Origin: Candidatus Eiseniibacteriota bacterium
Lineage (GTDB): Bacteria > Eisenbacteria > RBG-16-71-46 > JABDJR01
Direction of reading: 5' to 3'
Assembly: GCA_963762255.1 (NCBI GenBank)
Contig: CAVXKA010000001.1
Coordinates: 1,088,001-1,152,000, forward strand
Length of the DNA: 64,000 nucleotides
Shown here: positions 1-9,004 of the stretch, piece after piece
How the letters are laid out: each line of letters begins with the position of its first letter
Position numbering within the stretch: position 1 is the stretch's first letter
Translations under genes and position numbers: made by a program
The notes under the pieces: generated by a model
Database searches by the model: none
The model's input: the letters and a program-made list of their open reading frames with translations, nothing else
What the model was told of the DNA's origin: nothing

Positions 1-457
1 CGTGGAACTTGGTGTAGAGCGGCGTCGCGGTGACCGGGTTCCGCCGGAACCCGAGCAGGTCTTCGAGCCGAAGCTGGTACTTCACGTCCTTGGGCAGCAG
101 CGCCGGCGCGCCGATCCGCGCGACTTCGTTGCGCAGTGCCCACATGCCGTAGAGCCCGAGCGCCTTGTGGCCCGCCGCATACGAGATGACGTCGGCCTCT
201 TCGCGGTCGGGGTTCGACATGTCGTAGGCCATCGTGTCGTAGAGGAGCGCGGTCACGAAGCGGCCGGAGGAGATCGAGCCGCCGGGGTGCCCGGACATCG
301 GAACGTAGTTGTACATCACCGCACAGAGCGACCGGTAGACGAGGTCGAAGGATTCGAAGCGGGCGAGCTGCTGCTCGGTGAGCGGAGCGGCGCTCTGCTT
401 CATCTCCTCGGTGATGTCGAGATACACGCCGCGACGGGGGCCGAACTGGAACGCCAT
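1..457 (-). CDS. Transketolase-like TPP-dependent enzyme, N-terminal part (runs off the window edge)
   Basis: My own translation gives MAFQFGPRRGVYLDITEE...YNYVPMSGHPGGSISSG...DVISYAAGHKALGLY. SGHPGGS and the second GH are transketolase N-terminal motifs. A GAGGAG RBS lies upstream. Not in the ORF track. Confidence 0.7.
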   Translation of the reverse strand, partial: MAFQFGPRRGVYLDITEEMKQSAAPLTEQQLARFESFDLVYRSLCAVMYNYVPMSGHPGGSISSGRFVTALLYDTMAYDMSNPDREEADVISYAAGHKALGLYGMWALRNEVARIGAPALLPKDVKYQLRLEDLLGFRRNPVTATPLYTKFH

Positions 458-514
458 GGTCATCTCCTCAGAGCAGGTCGACAAGCACCACGCCGGGTGC
501 GCACGATGGGGAGG

Positions 515-1306
515 TCATTCTAACACCGAGAAAACGGCGCGCTCGATCCACCACCGCGCGCCGCACCGTGGGCAGAACGCTTCCACGGCGGGCTCGCCCC
601 GAAACAGTTCCTCTTCCTTGCCCGCGAAGATCCCCCGCAGCGCGGTGATGATCTTTTCGGGATTGCAGCCGCAGCGGAAGCGGATCGTTTGGGTCTCAAG
701 GAGGTCCTTCTTCCCCGCGAAGAGCGCCGCCGCGGATTGCGCGTCGAGGGCGCGCACGCGATCCGCGCCACCGTCGGGGAGCGCCTTCACCATGCCGTAG
801 CGGTCGCCGCCGAGTTCGAAGAAGCGGGCGGGGGACTGCTCCGACCGTTCGTAGTAGTCCTCGAACATGCCGAGCACGTCGAGCCCGTCCACGTCGATGG
901 TGCTCTGCATGGGACCGGTCGCGGGCCGGAATGCCTGAACGAACATGCGGCTTGTGGATCCGGTGCGGACGTCTTCGGTGAAGACCCGGCCGGTCAGCGT
1001 GCGCTCGCCGGGGTCGCCGGTGAGGAAGAGGTTCAAGGGCGGTGTTTGGACGTTGATGGTCACGCCGACCGATTCGTCGGGGGGGCGCCCGACGAGATGC
1101 AGCGCCATCGCCGCGAGCCCCTCGCGCATCATGGTGAGGGAGAGGCCGTCGATGGGGAGTTCCCAGCGATGGACATGCTCGTTGTAGGCGCGGAAGATGG
1201 GCTCGAAGTCGGCCTCGGCGAGGCTCAACACATGGGCGGGATCGAGGTAGCGGCGGACTGTGGCCGCCCCGGACTTCTCCGGCGGGGGCATGGGAGCTTC
1301 ACTCAT
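515..1306 (-). CDS. hslO: Hsp33 family redox-regulated chaperone
   Basis: C-terminal zinc switch FRCGCN...EAFCPRCG; YYERSEQSP resembles the Hsp33 YF.QSEQ motif. Confidence 0.8.
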   Translation of the reverse strand: MSEAPMPPPEKSGAATVRRYLDPAHVLSLAEADFEPIFRAYNEHVHRWELPIDGLSLTMMREGLAAMALHLVGRPPDESVGVTINVQTPPLNLFLTGDPGERTLTGRVFTEDVRTGSTSRMFVQAFRPATGPMQSTIDVDGLDVLGMFEDYYERSEQSPARFFELGGDRYGMVKALPDGGADRVRALDAQSAAALFAGKKDLLETQTIRFRCGCNPEKIITALRGIFAGKEEELFRGEPAVEAFCPRCGARWWIERAVFSVLE

Positions 1307-1380
1307 CGTGATATCCTAGCAGCCTTCGCAAGCCGCCCCGACCGGCTGGGACCCGACGCTCCTCCACCCTGGGCATACCG

Positions 1381-1596
1381 ATGAATTCCAGTTGGACCGA
1401 CGATCAAATCACCGCCGCCGTGGCTCAGTCGATGAAGGAGAAGGACCTGCACTCCGCCTTCACCCCGCTCGTGCGCCGATGCGTGCTGGATGCGAGCGAC
1501 GAGTGGCGGGTCTGCTGCGAAAGCGATTGCGATCCCTGCGTCAACGATCTGGCGCCGGCGGTGGATCGGGCGAGGGAGATACTGGGGGCGGGGTAG
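1381..1596 (+). CDS. Small Cys-rich protein (Oxidored-like motif)
   Basis: CCESDCDPCV matches the CCxSxCxPCV pattern; divergent from hslO. Confidence 0.55.
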   Translation: MNSSWTDDQITAAVAQSMKEKDLHSAFTPLVRRCVLDASDEWRVCCESDCDPCVNDLAPAVDRAREILGAG

Positions 1597-1712
1597 GTCA
1601 TGCACGGTTCTGGTGGTCTACTGGCGAGAACCACCCAGGTCGGGGTGCCTAGTCCGCGATGCCACAACTTCACATTTCCTGGCTGTCTCCAGCCCTGTGC
1701 CGCGCCTTCGAC

Positions 1713-1737
1713 GGGATTCACCATGAATCCCCTCTTT
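1713..1737. terminator. Putative intrinsic, possibly bidirectional, terminator at the left edge of the AT-richer island
   Basis: Perfect 8-bp stem GGGATTCA-cca-TGAATCCC followed by CTCTTT, between convergent genes. Confidence 0.4.
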
Positions 1738-1788
1738 GAATGTCAGGTCGGCTGCCTTCATTATCGAGAGACCCTCGGACCAGGCGAA

Positions 1789-2223
1789 TTATGGACATAA
1801 CAGCCGAATGCCCTTGACGACATCCAACCACGCCGTGTCCACGTTTTCCCATGATGTGACGGGTATCCCGTCAGTTGGCAACGCTTGCAGCTTACCAAAG
1901 GGTGCAGTGTGCCAATCGCAAGGCCTTGCGATCACCGGAACAACAATGCAGTCTCCAGCCTTCCTTCTGTCCATTGCTTGAGCAACCTCGACGCCCCAGC
2001 AATAGTCAGAGGCAATGAAATCAGCACTCACCAGGAATATCACTATGTCGGCCAGCTGAAGCTCCTGATCAATAACAGTGGCCCACTCAGCGCCCGGAAT
2101 GATCTTGCGATCGTGCCACTCCTGAACCTTTCCCTGCCGCTTGAGGAGACTCAGACTAGCTACAAGACGATCCCGATGCGCCTCATCGCAATGCGAGTAG
2201 CTGAGGAACACGCGCTTTGCCAT
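1789..2223 (-). CDS. Standalone TIR domain protein (TIR_2 type)
   Basis: VFLSYSH, WHDRKIIPGAEW, LVSADFIASDYCWGVE (putative catalytic Glu), VVPVIARPCDW; GGAGG RBS upstream. Confidence 0.9.
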   Translation of the reverse strand: MAKRVFLSYSHCDEAHRDRLVASLSLLKRQGKVQEWHDRKIIPGAEWATVIDQELQLADIVIFLVSADFIASDYCWGVEVAQAMDRRKAGDCIVVPVIARPCDWHTAPFGKLQALPTDGIPVTSWENVDTAWLDVVKGIRLLCP

Positions 2224-2266
2224 TCTCTACCCTCCAGTATCCAGTAGCGGGAGAACAACCGGAACC

Positions 2267-3634
2267 TCACGATTGTGGCGCACCCACCTTCGCGAATTCG
2301 AGAACACAGAATACCCTCTGAGCAAGGCGCTCAGGTTGCCCAGGCCAAGGTACAGCTCCAAGGTGATGCTCATGCACAAGGGTCAGGTCGCCCATACTAA
2401 GGACCTCGTCCCGGAACAGACTGCAGTCGAAGCTCCATAGGGCATTCTGCCGCCCAAAACCTGCCCCGCCGATATCAGCCAACAAGTCCTCCGGTTCAGC
2501 ATCCTCTGATAATTGCGCTGGCTTGTGGAATCCGAGGGACCTACACGGAATCGAAACAAGGAATGTGCCTCCAGGATTCAGTGCAGATAGGGCCAAGGAA
2601 AGCGCTCTTCGGTAATCCCTTACGTGCTGAAAGAACTCCAGTGCCAGGACGACATCAAACCGCAACCCGGGGTTCCACTGCAAGAAATCTCCTACCAAGA
2701 ACTCACAGTTGGCGTGTTCGGTCCGTGCACGCGCAACCTTCTCCAAAGAACATTCAACGCCCATGACCCGGGATGCACCGTGCAGCTTTGCCAAGCCGCA
2801 CACCTGCCCCTCAGCCGAACCAATCTCTAGAACGGTTTGGTCGCGCACAATCTTGGAAAGCCGAAATTCAACATACTCCAGGCGCCGCACGTGCAGCGGC
2901 CGACTGTACATGTCTCGTTGATGATGGCGCTCTGCCTCCAAGGAACGAACTCTACCAAGCCTCTCATCGAATCGCCTAGCGCGTGTTCCCTCAAGAGTCG
3001 TCCATTCAGCCTCTATGCCTACTGGACCCGAGGTCCGCGAGGAAAGGAAGCGAAGCGTCGGTAGGCTTGCGCCTTCCCATTGAAGGCAGACAAAGGCACC
3101 ACATTCAAAGTCAAAGACGAAGTCACTCCCGGAGGTCTCCAATGCCCGCAAGATGAGTCCGTTGAGAATGCCCCCATGGGCAATGACGGCAATCGGGCCT
3201 CTCATCCGCACAGCCTCCTGCAATGCCGTCCAAGCCGCCGCGCATCGAACTAAGAAGGCCGACATCACCTGTTGCGTATCTCGACCACCTTCGTGAATGT
3301 TGCGCCGGGCACCTCTCCAGGCCAAGGTCCGAATCGTCTCCGGAGACACGCCGACATTCTCAGCATCACTACGGCGTGGGCCTTCACTGAGCAGATCCGA
3401 TTCAATCATTCTAACGTCTCTCGCAAGATCGGTGGACATGAAGCGCGCAGTGATCTGTGCCGTCTCTTTCGCGCGCCGGAGAGGTGAATGCCAAATCTCC
3501 ACGACTTGCGAATAGCGAAGAGCCCAGGCAAGTGCACTTGCATCGAGCGTTCCAGCTGCCGACAATCCGGATTCATCCATATCTGCCGTGGCATGCCCAT
3601 GCCGCGCTAGAAAGAGTTCGTAGTGCGCTTTCAT
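2267..3634 (-). CDS. Histidine phosphatase fused to a class I SAM-dependent methyltransferase
   Basis: N-terminal LARHG, SPLRRAKETA, LSEG, IAHGG; C-terminal VLEIGSAEG motif I, FDVVLALEFFQH, LNPGGTFLV. Confidence 0.8.
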   Translation of the reverse strand: MKAHYELFLARHGHATADMDESGLSAAGTLDASALAWALRYSQVVEIWHSPLRRAKETAQITARFMSTDLARDVRMIESDLLSEGPRRSDAENVGVSPETIRTLAWRGARRNIHEGGRDTQQVMSAFLVRCAAAWTALQEAVRMRGPIAVIAHGGILNGLILRALETSGSDFVFDFECGAFVCLQWEGASLPTLRFLSSRTSGPVGIEAEWTTLEGTRARRFDERLGRVRSLEAERHHQRDMYSRPLHVRRLEYVEFRLSKIVRDQTVLEIGSAEGQVCGLAKLHGASRVMGVECSLEKVARARTEHANCEFLVGDFLQWNPGLRFDVVLALEFFQHVRDYRRALSLALSALNPGGTFLVSIPCRSLGFHKPAQLSEDAEPEDLLADIGGAGFGRQNALWSFDCSLFRDEVLSMGDLTLVHEHHLGAVPWPGQPERLAQRVFCVLEFAKVGAPQS

Positions 3635-5275
3635 GGTGCCGTTGCCTCCGCAATCTCTTCCGCGGTAAACAATCGTGGGATACTCAAGTCTTCGTTAAGC
3701 ACCCGAGTGAGATACTGGCATGCCCTTTTGATCATAGCAGCGGCCTGCCCGCCTGTGGATTGCTCCAGATCCTCCATCTTGCGAGTGGATCGGGCCGCCC
3801 ACCAGCCTGCGCCACAAAGGCGGAACAACCGAGTTGCGACCACGGCGAAGTAGTAAGCCCCGCTGGGTGCAGAAGAAGCTCTAAGATCTGCCAAGTACTC
3901 GTGGCTCTGCGCAATCCGGAAGACATCAGAACGTCCTTACGCCGTGCATCATGCCGGTAAAGAGGTGGCGCTCCGCATCCTCTGGGTAACCCGAAGCCGC
4001 AAGGCACCGCCCTTGGTCAATCAGAACTGCAAACACCTCGCGGGTATCGCCTACCTCCCGTGCCGTCCGAAGGGACTCATCCAGTAGCCGTGTCGCCTCT
4101 GACCATAAGCGTTGAGCAATGAACACTGCAGCGACCCTGTGCTTGGCAAATCCAATGCCCCGCGAGTTGTCATGCTCTATCGCGATATCGAGACCTTCTC
4201 GTGCCCAGGACATCGCCTTGACCAAGTCCAGTTCTTGATATAGATAGCAGAGTGAGAGCATTCCGCACGCAATGCCACGGCTACGAATGAGGGCGCTGGC
4301 CGCGGCCGGAGTGCTGGGGAGCGACGCCAACCTATCGTACTCCTCAAGTGCAAGAAGCATCTCCGACTTTGCTTCCTGGAACTCCCCTATGCGACGCAGG
4401 GTCGCGCCTAGGTTAATGCGGACCCGCGGAATGAATTCGCTACCCTGGGGAAGCAAGCTGAGTGAATCCCGGTAGCACTGCGCCGCCCGAGCAAGGTGTC
4501 CCTGCTCCCTGAGGATATTTCCGTGTCCATTCAATGCATGAGAGCGCACGGGTTTGGCACCAAGACGCTCTGCGATTCCAAACGCGAGAGTGTATTTGTG
4601 GTAGGCCGCAAACTGCTCTCCGATCTTGCGATCACAATCCGCCGCGCGAATCAGAAGGGACGCAGTTTTTGGCGTTGGTTCGTTTTCGCACTTTTTCAAT
4701 GCTGCTTCGTAAGCATTGTGAGCAAGACGATTCTGGCCTCCCCGAGCGAATTCCTCCGCCTCGCGGATGAGTGCAGCAAGCGTAGCCTCAGTTCTCGGCG
4801 GAAGCTTTGTGAGCCACACGTCCACACACTTATTGAGGACGCGTCGTATCTCGATGAAGAGTTGAGTACGGCGCCCGTCATTCTCGTAGTCGGTCTGTAC
4901 TGTCTCCCCAACGTTTGGGAATGGCTGGATGCTTCTCAGCCACTCGCTGTCTTGTGCCTCTATGGTGCATGGACGAAGAACAACGGGAATGACATCGATA
5001 CCGTCGCTCTCCCTGCAACGTCTGATCTCTGGAACTTCGTGGTTTTGGATATCTTGGTCATCCAGCCATTCTTGACCTAGAAGCAGGATGGCTATGTGCG
5101 CCTGATCCAGGTGCTTCTTCCGATCTTCGCTCCTATCAGCGCCAGGGGTGATCTTTCCCGGATGCCAGAGCGCGACGCCCTTTGATTCAAGGCCAGAGAG
5201 AATCGTAAGTAACTCGTGATTGCGGTCTTTCGCAACGCAGCTGATGTAGATTTCAACGAATGGGTAGTCGGGCAT
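3631..5275 (-). CDS. Divergent TIR domain plus TPR repeat protein (apparent frameshift near 3930)
   Basis: N-terminal IYISC...WHPGKITPG...IAILLLGQEWL...HEVP...VIPVVLRPC; TPRs such as ALNGHGNILREQG and INLGATLRRIGEFQEA. Start moved to ATG 5275 behind a GGAAGG RBS. The ORF stops at 3926, but a TPR-like frame continues to 3631. Confidence 0.75.
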
Positions 5276-5282
5276 CGGTAGC

Positions 5283-6428
5283 TTATCCTTCCATCGAACC
5301 TTGCGCTTGATCCAGGGTATCGGTGATGATGTCATCCCACATCGGGTTGTGGGTGGAACCCGGTAGTGCATTGAGAGTCGTCTTTACCAGCGGGCAGATC
5401 GGAACCAAGAGGGAATCATGTTCATACTTCGCGACTACCGGACAGGCCCCTGGGGGAAGGTTGTTTGCTAGGGAGATATACGATAGATCTTCGGGTGACT
5501 TGCTCAGGGCATTACTGTCCCTGATGGCCCACGCACGAACCCCCACAGCTTTGAGAAGGGGACAGCGGTAGACGTTCCCATCGGGAGTCAGATTGTACGT
5601 ATCAGCTGAAGAGGCCGGTAATCCAACGCCTGCCTTCTCAAGTGCCGCCGCCGCCACAGGCGGAACGAAAGCTACTGGTGCCCTCAGGTAGACGCGGCTC
5701 TTCGCTGCCAATTTTCGCCACGCCAGCACAAGTGCGAGCCATTCCCTGGGGCTCGGATTCAAGGGCGCGAGATGAGTCGGGTCCTGTGCAATATCCATGC
5801 GATGCAGATTGACAACAGTGACAGCTCTAGCCGCAGCGTAGGCCATGAGTGATTCAATGGACGCGGCGTTTGCTCTGGAGACGACAGTGGAGATACGCAA
5901 GGGGAGCCCCAACATGCCCGCACGCCGTATGCACTCATCTGCACGAGCGAATGCCCCCTTGAAACGGAGGCGATCGTTAACGGATTCGATTGGTGAATCC
6001 ACGCTCACAGATAGAAGGCGAATGCCTACCGCGCGAAGGTGATCAAGTTGCTCGGGATGGAGCGACCCATTCGTTTGGACTATTAGCTCAAATCCAAGTT
6101 CTCTGATGGCACTAACGAGTTCGTGGAATTCTGCGAAGAGAGCGGGCTCCCCGCCCACAAGTGTCACAAGAGTCACGCCATGAGACTTGAACCGGTCCAG
6201 CGCGGGGATAATGTCATGCATTGGCAATGTGCAGTGCGCCGTCCTTGCCTGGTGGGATAGGTAGCAGTACTGACAACTACAATTACAGTGTTCAGACGGT
6301 GTGAGGAAGAGGTGCTTGCCCATCGAGAAGTGCGGTCGGGACGGATCTACAGCAGAGGTGTTGGGTGGTAGCGATGCGGAGCCGCCCCCTGTCAATCGCG
6401 GGTCGCCGAGACGGTTCGTGTGTTCCAT
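5283..6428 (-). CDS. Radical SAM protein with a SPASM/twitch-like Cys-containing C-terminus
   Basis: CNCSCQYC (CxxxCxxC), VGGEP, QTNG, SVSVDS; C-terminal LTPDGNVYRCP...GACP...ICP. Start uncertain (ORF open to 6536). Confidence 0.85.
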   Translation of the reverse strand: MEHTNRLGDPRLTGGGSASLPPNTSAVDPSRPHFSMGKHLFLTPSEHCNCSCQYCYLSHQARTAHCTLPMHDIIPALDRFKSHGVTLVTLVGGEPALFAEFHELVSAIRELGFELIVQTNGSLHPEQLDHLRAVGIRLLSVSVDSPIESVNDRLRFKGAFARADECIRRAGMLGLPLRISTVVSRANAASIESLMAYAAARAVTVVNLHRMDIAQDPTHLAPLNPSPREWLALVLAWRKLAAKSRVYLRAPVAFVPPVAAAALEKAGVGLPASSADTYNLTPDGNVYRCPLLKAVGVRAWAIRDSNALSKSPEDLSYISLANNLPPGACPVVAKYEHDSLLVPICPLVKTTLNALPGSTHNPMWDDIITDTLDQAQGSMEG

Positions 6429-6914
6429 GGTCGATGTGGTTCCTTGTCCAGCATCATCACGCACGATTTCCAATGGCAGGCCTTTGCTTACATATACAGT
6501 ATCCCTATGGACTCTGTACAGCCACACTGGGGTCATGTGGGCCGCTCATGAACAAACGCGAACCCTACCGCTACGCCCCCGTCCCCGGGACCCGCACCAA
6601 GCTCTGCAAGGTCACCCCCCATCCCGCTCGCTGCCGACCCTCGCCGTAGACCCTCAATGCCGTCTACGCCGAGGTCGGGCTTCCAGCACTCTCCCCCCTT
6701 CCCCCCGGGAGCGCCGCGGCGCCGCCAACAACCGTCGAACCAAGCCCGCCTCGCCAAACAATCCGGTAAGTACCCAGATGCGAGGAAGACCAGAACAGAG
6801 AACCCCGCCGACTTGACAAACTCATAGGTACTCCCCCTACGTCGGCAGAAACACGTACCTTGCCAGGAACACCAGCCCCAGGATCCGCACCAGCCCTGAC
6901 GCCGCGCGCCCGCG

Positions 6915-7240
6915 TCAGGAGGCGAGCTTCAAGACGGGGTAAGCGATGAACTCGATCGCGATCCCGTCGGCGATGGACCACGCGAGCGGCATCATCACGA
7001 TCACGAGGAAGGCCGGGATCGCCTCGGTGAGGTCGTCCCACGTGATGCGGCCGATGGACTGGGCCATGAGGCAGCCCACAAGGATCAACGCGGGGACGGT
7101 GAACGGGCTGAACACGCGTCCGTCGATGGTGACTGGCGCCGCCACCGCGGCAGCGATGGGGCTCAAGAAGAGCGTGGTCAGGAAGAGCGCCGAAGTCCAT
7201 TCCGCCGGCGGAGAGGATGCCCGGGTTCACGAACACGAGG
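6915..7240 (-). pseudogene. NCS2/AzgA-type nucleobase permease remnant with a large internal deletion
   Basis: N-terminal motif VFVNPGILSAGGMDFGA is joined out of frame to the C-terminal segment LFLSPIA...PALILVGCLM...WDDLTEAIPAFLVIVMMPLAWSIADGIA. Confidence 0.75.
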
Positions 7241-7272
7241 CTCGGGGGTGGGGCCGCCGGGAGCAGTTGCGT

Positions 7273-7731
7273 TCACGCCCTACGGCGGCCTGATTCCAGG
7301 CGACGCCCGCGGGAACACTTCGCGCAACGTCCGTAGACAACGAACTGCTTACCCATCACCTCGTCACCGGAGTCGACGGCGATCCGAGGTAGGGATTGAC
7401 CGCTCAGGCATCGCATCCCCCCGCACTGAAGACAGAGGAAGTGCGGGTGATTCCCGGGGCAGCCGACAGTACCCGGTGCGTGAGCGCAGAAGTGCCAGAT
7501 CGCGTCTTTGCCCTGGACGCGGTGAACGAGGCCGGCGCCCTGCAGAGCGGCCAGCGTTCGGTACAGCGTGACCCGGTCCATCGGGTCGCCCCCCAGCTTC
7601 TCGCTGATCTGACTGTGCGACATCGGCCGGCCAGTGTTCACAAGAACGCGCAAGACCGAGATCCGCCCCGGTGTTCCCCGCACGCCCGACACTTTCAGAA
7701 GCTCCCGGATGCTCTCCGCCGATCGCGCCAC
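7273..7731 (-). CDS. Fur family transcriptional regulator
   Basis: TPGRISVL, DRVTLYRTL, HPHFLCLQCG, YGRCAKC. Confidence 0.9.
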   Translation of the reverse strand: MARSAESIRELLKVSGVRGTPGRISVLRVLVNTGRPMSHSQISEKLGGDPMDRVTLYRTLAALQGAGLVHRVQGKDAIWHFCAHAPGTVGCPGNHPHFLCLQCGGMRCLSGQSLPRIAVDSGDEVMGKQFVVYGRCAKCSRGRRLESGRRRA

Positions 7732-7734
7732 GAA

Positions 7735-8439
7735 TCATCGCCTCCTGACAAGCGGCTCGATGCCGGCCAACCGCCGGAACGACTTCACCCCCTGCATGAG
7801 GGAGCCCATGAGCGCATCGGCATCCGCCACCCGTGTTCCGGCGATGATGGTAGCGCCATGGTCAAACAAGATGTCGTTCATCGGCGTGCTTGGCCCCAGG
7901 ACCACCGTTGTCGCATTCCTGCCCAGCTCCAGAAGCCGCGGCAAGGTCTTGTTGATCAAGGCGGTGGCGCTGATCACGACGATCTCCGACTCGGGGAGAA
8001 CTTGCTCTGCAGCGGCGGGCGGCAGCTCCCCCCGTTCCGGCTCCATCTCCAACAGGCAGGTTCGGCGCGCCGTGGCTACGATCTGTTCGTTGAACGGGAA
8101 CCGGCCGATGATGGTGACTGTCTTGCCCGGGGCCATCCGCAGAACCTGCTCGAAGACGTTGCCCGGACTTCCAGCCGGCTCGATGAGCGAGTTGAGCGCC
8201 GCCAGGCCGACGCTGGCCTCGAGCGGCTCCCAACTCCGAAGGCGGGCCGCCAGATCGAGCGCCCCGCTTCCGACGAGTTCTCCCGCCCCCGCAATCTCGA
8301 CCTTGCGATTCGTCTTGTAAGTATGGGCGATGCCGACGAACCGGCTCTCGACCGCCGTCCAGTGAAGCCCCACGCAGACGCGTGTGACTCTCGCATCCCT
8401 GTCCGCCGCGCTCCGCAGCAGGTCGTCAATCAGCTTCAC
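7735..8439 (-). CDS. DUF364 (Rossmann-like, putative heavy-metal chelation) protein
   Basis: VCVGLHWTAV, EASVGLAALNS, IIGRFP, ISATALINKTLPRLL, LGPSTP; GTG start overlaps the upstream stop (GTGA). Confidence 0.8.
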   Translation of the reverse strand: MKLIDDLLRSAADRDARVTRVCVGLHWTAVESRFVGIAHTYKTNRKVEIAGAGELVGSGALDLAARLRSWEPLEASVGLAALNSLIEPAGSPGNVFEQVLRMAPGKTVTIIGRFPFNEQIVATARRTCLLEMEPERGELPPAAAEQVLPESEIVVISATALINKTLPRLLELGRNATTVVLGPSTPMNDILFDHGATIIAGTRVADADALMGSLMQGVKSFRRLAGIEPLVRRR

Positions 8440-8993
8440 GGGTCTTCCGCGAGTGGCGAGTAGTACGCTCCTTCCACACACGACCGGCAGCACGGGCCCT
8501 CCGCGGTCTCCAGGTCCTTGCCGTCGAAGACTTTCTCACCGCAGCGCGAGCAGTCGACCGTCCTTCTGGGCTTTCCCGGGAGCGACTCGGGAGCAAGCTG
8601 GACACGGACCCGCCGCCACGAAAGCAATTCCGTGTCCGGGATCCCCAGCGCGGCTCGGCACGCGTCCTCTCCCTGTTTCCCTTGGGGATCGACCCGCCGG
8701 ACGTTGACCCGATAGGCCTCACCGGATCCCGCATGGAAGAATGTCGCCGCCATCTTCCCCAGATCGACGAGCTTCGCGCTGCGCCTGCCGATGCGCGTGC
8801 CGGTGACGATCTGGATCGCATCCGCGATGCACCGGTCGTTCTCGATGAGAACGATCATCTGCCGGGGATCCTGCGTGGCGATCAGCTCCATTCCTTTGAG
8901 CGCCAGCCGGACCCCCAAGGCCTGCCCCATGCACAAGTGACCGTGGAACGCGACACACCGGTCGAGCCACTCGTCCGTTCGCAGGGGCCCCAT
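8436..8993 (-). CDS. FmdE family protein with C-terminal zinc finger
   Basis: FHGHLCMGQALG, ENDRCIADAIQ, GKMAATF, CSRCGE...CRSC. Confidence 0.85.
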   Translation of the reverse strand: MGPLRTDEWLDRCVAFHGHLCMGQALGVRLALKGMELIATQDPRQMIVLIENDRCIADAIQIVTGTRIGRRSAKLVDLGKMAATFFHAGSGEAYRVNVRRVDPQGKQGEDACRAALGIPDTELLSWRRVRVQLAPESLPGKPRRTVDCSRCGEKVFDGKDLETAEGPCCRSCVEGAYYSPLAEDP

Positions 8994-9004
8994 ACCTTGC
9001 GATG

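Noticed and set aside
6484-6499. LexA-box-like sequence (minus strand CTGTATATGTAAGCAA) upstream of the radical SAM gene
   Set aside because: Only one half-site matches the gammaproteobacterial consensus; more likely an AT-rich promoter element
1600-6900. Calling the TIR cassette a defined mobile element, or Thoeris/viperin
   Set aside because: No integrase, tRNA or att repeats were seen, and there is no ThsA-type effector or recognisable viperin signature
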